DNA from: a virus
Taxonomy: Duplodnaviria; Heunggongvirae; Uroviricota; Caudoviricetes
IMG/VR virus record: IMGVR_UViG_3300042673_001280
Length of the DNA stretch: 44,857 nucleotides
Strand: one strand, 5' to 3'
In this document: positions 42,252 through 44,857 of the stretch, piece after piece
Position numbering within the stretch: position 1 is the first letter of the stretch
Layout of the letters: each line of letters starts with the position of its first letter
Translations under genes and position numbers: made by a program
Notes under the pieces: model-generated
Told to the model about the DNA's origin: nothing
Databases searched by the model: none
What the model saw: the letters and a program-made list of their open reading frames with translations, nothing else

Positions 42252-44450
42252 CTAACTAAAAAACTCTTTAACGTCTTTTACAATATTACCCAAACTAAAT
42301 GGTTTATTTTTTGAGTCTTCTTGTGTTGATTCTTGCAATGACGCTCTACGACATTTTAATGTCTGTTCAAACATTCCCATTCGAAACGAACTTGTTACGT
42401 TTGTAGGCGTATATAATCCACTAAATTGCATTAACGGTGTTGATGCAACTTCTCCATTAAACTGATACATACCGGTTGTTTGATCAATCTCAATTGGAGT
42501 TCTAAAATTAACTACTATATGTACTTCGCCAGACTGATGATTAATTGTGCCATCTAAATTTAAATTTGGATATTGTGTAGGTTTTGATGTATAATTACCA
42601 AATCCGCTATGATGTAAAAATGCAGGGTCGCCAACAATTCTCATATCAAGGTTAACCATATCATTACCAGAAATTAATGCATCGTGAAATAGTTTAGCAG
42701 CTCGAGTTTTTGGTGAGTCTGACCCCCCGCCGCCGAACCCATCAGTGATTGATATAGTAGCAGTATAAGAATTACGTTGCGGAGTTGATCCTTTTTCAGG
42801 GGTTTTTCCAAAAAACGATATTATATCATTAACAACACCGCCCGATTCTGAACTAGTTTTATCTGAAGTCTTTACATCCTGAGATGATTTTGAATAATCT
42901 GCTGCTAGTAGTTGAGTGTAGGTGTTTTTTATTCCTATATCAAACGACAACACATCAATGTTTTTACCAGTATACAAATAGTTGTACTCTTTTACTGCGC
43001 CAAGTAACAACTTATCATATCCTTGTGGTTTTTGATTAATTACAGTTAATCCCGAACTAGCATGTACATTATAAGGAACTACACGATATACAATTATTTT
43101 TGGTTTTACCCCAGTTGATGTATCATTTTCATGTGTTGAAACATTATACACCTGAATATCAATCTTCCACCATTTTTTATAACCCGATGGTGACGTGTTG
43201 TCTTCTTCAAGAGAACTAGCCGGATACTCACTTTGTAAAATTACTTGATCAATTGCATTAGGAATGCTAGAATCTTGTCTAAATTTAAAATCACTTTCGG
43301 CTGGGTTTGGTTCAGTTTTTCCTCGAACATTTACTTTTAGTTTCTCATCATACACAGTATCTTCAGTGCCGTATGGTGCATCAGCTGCGCGGTCTGGTCC
43401 AAACCCTAACTTTGATTTTCCAATGTTGTTGCATTCATCAGCTTTTTGAACATGATATTTAACATCCGGAACACTACTATCTTTTCCTTTTACACTTACT
43501 TCAGTTACTCCTAATTTTTTATATAGATCTTCTTTTGACCCAGACGTTGCACTTCCTGAATCTCCAGAATCATCTTTTTTATTAGATGCAATCGATGTTG
43601 GGAATATGATTAAAATCTCATCCGGTACTGCAATAATTCCATCTTTCTTAAATTGTTGAAGCCTTGCATTCCACACTGATTGCAAACTTTTATCACCAGT
43701 TTGTAATACTTCTTGAACAGTTGTTCCCTTAACTGTCATGTCGGTTTTTAAATGTGAATGTTCTGCACTTAGACCTTGCGAATTCCAAACCAACCCTTTG
43801 ATTTGATATGTACTACCAGTTTCATTAACTGCCATTTCAATTTGAGTAAAAGTAAACGGAATGTATCGTGTAGAGTTTGGAATAGGCTGCATTGTACCTA
43901 ACTCATCATTACCTCGAAATTCAATTGTTAATAAGAACGGTGCTGCATTCCAGTTATGATGATCGGCTTCCCAAGCAGCTTGTTGACATGCCATGGTAAA
44001 CAGTCCCATACTGTACGGTTCTTTTACTGTAAACGCGATATTCGTAGATGAGATGTTGTTTCCTTGCAAATAACCAATTATACCTTCAACTGTTAGTTCG
44101 TCAACAAAGAAATCAAACTTACCGTAATCTGTATGAACTCGATTATTAGGATCAGCATTTGCTGACTTACAAATAATTTGTAAAGGTTTTCCTTTTCGTT
44201 TACCTGGCTGTAACGTTACTCCTTTAAGATATGAGTTATCTGGGAAATTAACATCATTATCATGCAATGCGCTAATAGTGATGATATAATCATACGTTGC
44301 ATAATCATGCAATACATTTGGAATTGGCAACTCAATCTCTGGAATAGAATCAAAGTCTAACCCAAGATCTGATGCAAATTCTGATACATTTGTTGCTACT
44401 GTTTTTAAAACATCGTTTAGACCTTTAGTTGCTGCATCTATAAATGCCAT
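42252..44450 (-). CDS. Probable baseplate hub protein (gp27-like by position)
   Basis: Lies between the gp53-like and gp5-like genes; C-terminal LDMRIVGDP...SGLY...VTSSFRMGMFEQTLKCRR resembles hub-protein endings. Confidence 0.55.
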   Translation of the reverse strand: MAFIDAATKGLNDVLKTVATNVSEFASDLGLDFDSIPEIELPIPNVLHDYATYDYIITISALHDNDVNFPDNSYLKGVTLQPGKRKGKPLQIICKSANADPNNRVHTDYGKFDFFVDELTVEGIIGYLQGNNISSTNIAFTVKEPYSMGLFTMACQQAAWEADHHNWNAAPFLLTIEFRGNDELGTMQPIPNSTRYIPFTFTQIEMAVNETGSTYQIKGLVWNSQGLSAEHSHLKTDMTVKGTTVQEVLQTGDKSLQSVWNARLQQFKKDGIIAVPDEILIIFPTSIASNKKDDSGDSGSATSGSKEDLYKKLGVTEVSVKGKDSSVPDVKYHVQKADECNNIGKSKLGFGPDRAADAPYGTEDTVYDEKLKVNVRGKTEPNPAESDFKFRQDSSIPNAIDQVILQSEYPASSLEEDNTSPSGYKKWWKIDIQVYNVSTHENDTSTGVKPKIIVYRVVPYNVHASSGLTVINQKPQGYDKLLLGAVKEYNYLYTGKNIDVLSFDIGIKNTYTQLLAADYSKSSQDVKTSDKTSSESGGVVNDIISFFGKTPEKGSTPQRNSYTATISITDGFGGGGSDSPKTRAAKLFHDALISGNDMVNLDMRIVGDPAFLHHSGFGNYTSKPTQYPNLNLDGTINHQSGEVHIVVNFRTPIEIDQTTGMYQFNGEVASTPLMQFSGLYTPTNVTSSFRMGMFEQTLKCRRASLQESTQEDSKNKPFSLGNIVKDVKEFFS

Positions 44451-44451
44451 G

Positions 44452-44754
44452 TTAAATCCCCATTACTGTTTTTAATTTACTTAGTTGAGGTATATATATT
44501 TGAACACCTGGTACAAAATCAAATATAGGATCTTGAATTACGTCTAAATTACGCTGTGTAAATACCCACCATAACGCAGCATCATTATATAAATCAAACG
44601 CTAACAAATCAGGTCGATGTGTATATTGTGATTCAATAGTATACAAGTAATCAGATACATCAGCTGCAACTGCTCGAATTTTTAATATATCTAAGTATCC
44701 ATTAGTAACTGTAGTTAAAAACCACGGACTTTTATTGCTATATTTTGCTGCCAT
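44452..44754 (-). CDS. gp53: Baseplate wedge protein, gp53-like (LysM-type)
   Basis: YTIESQYTHRPDLLAFDLYNDAALWWVF...DPIFDFVPGVQIYIP. Confidence 0.75.
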   Translation of the reverse strand: MAAKYSNKSPWFLTTVTNGYLDILKIRAVAADVSDYLYTIESQYTHRPDLLAFDLYNDAALWWVFTQRNLDVIQDPIFDFVPGVQIYIPQLSKLKTVMGI

Positions 44755-44857
44755 TATACATACCCAAAACTATTGTTAAGATAGCCGCCGGCTACAAAGT
44801 TGTCTAATCCAAACTTACGAGCACTTGTTCTGCTGTATGCAGGTGTTAAAACTATTG
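44754..44857 (-). CDS. 3' end of an upstream gene, probably a tail-tube/baseplate junction (gp48/gp54-like) protein; truncated by the window
   Basis: Minus-strand frame IVLTPAYSRTSARKFGLDNFVAGGYLNNSFGYV*; its stop overlaps the gp53-like ATG (TAATG). The identity is inferred from position. Confidence 0.5.
   Translation of the reverse strand, partial: IVLTPAYSRTSARKFGLDNFVAGGYLNNSFGYV

Noticed and set aside
8627-43449. Numerous + strand ORFs of 60-165 aa inside the minus-strand structural genes (for example 9676..10017, 10123..10575, 26439..26936, 41619..41900)
   Set aside because: Antisense shadows of long genes with biased codon use; no RBS or promoter support and no recognisable motifs.
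1-44857. tRNA, rRNA, CRISPR array, IS, intron/intein or homing endonuclease
   Set aside because: Intergenic gaps are short (at most about 135 nt) and accounted for; no cloverleaf, repeat-spacer array, transposase, HNH/GIY-YIG/LAGLIDADG or intein motifs were recognised by eye.

Overview
AT-rich segment of a large myovirus genome with a T4-like baseplate, read with the standard genetic code. The + strand (1-8313) carries a metabolism/accessory cluster: the 3' part of queE, a T4 RNase H-like 5'-3' nuclease, a MoxR-type AAA+ ATPase paired with a HExxH-metallopeptidase/VWA protein, thyX and about ten small unknown ORFs. It converges at a perfect 22-bp palindromic terminator (8321-8342) with a 36.5-kb minus-strand tail/baseplate operon. 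In transcription order that operon holds: a partial tube-baseplate junction gene, gp53-like LysM protein, hub-like protein, lysozyme-less gp5-like spike, gp25, gp6, a 4117-aa gp7-position protein (beta-propeller, four CBM5/12-like modules), a gp9/10-anchored repeat fibre, a subtilisin S8 protease, a conserved 202-aa protein, three paralogous fibre proteins with different C-termini, and a 2618-aa fibre with 14-15 Calx-beta-like domains. Two sigma70-type promoters and four T4-late-type ATAAATA motifs account for most intergenic gaps. No tRNA, rRNA, CRISPR array, IS or homing endonuclease was recognised. The most notable observations are the adhesin-like Calx-beta fibre, the protease in the tail module, a promoter whose spacer is a GNRA hairpin, and an Arg-swapped ThyX motif. 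All family assignments come from motif recognition by eye, not from database searches.
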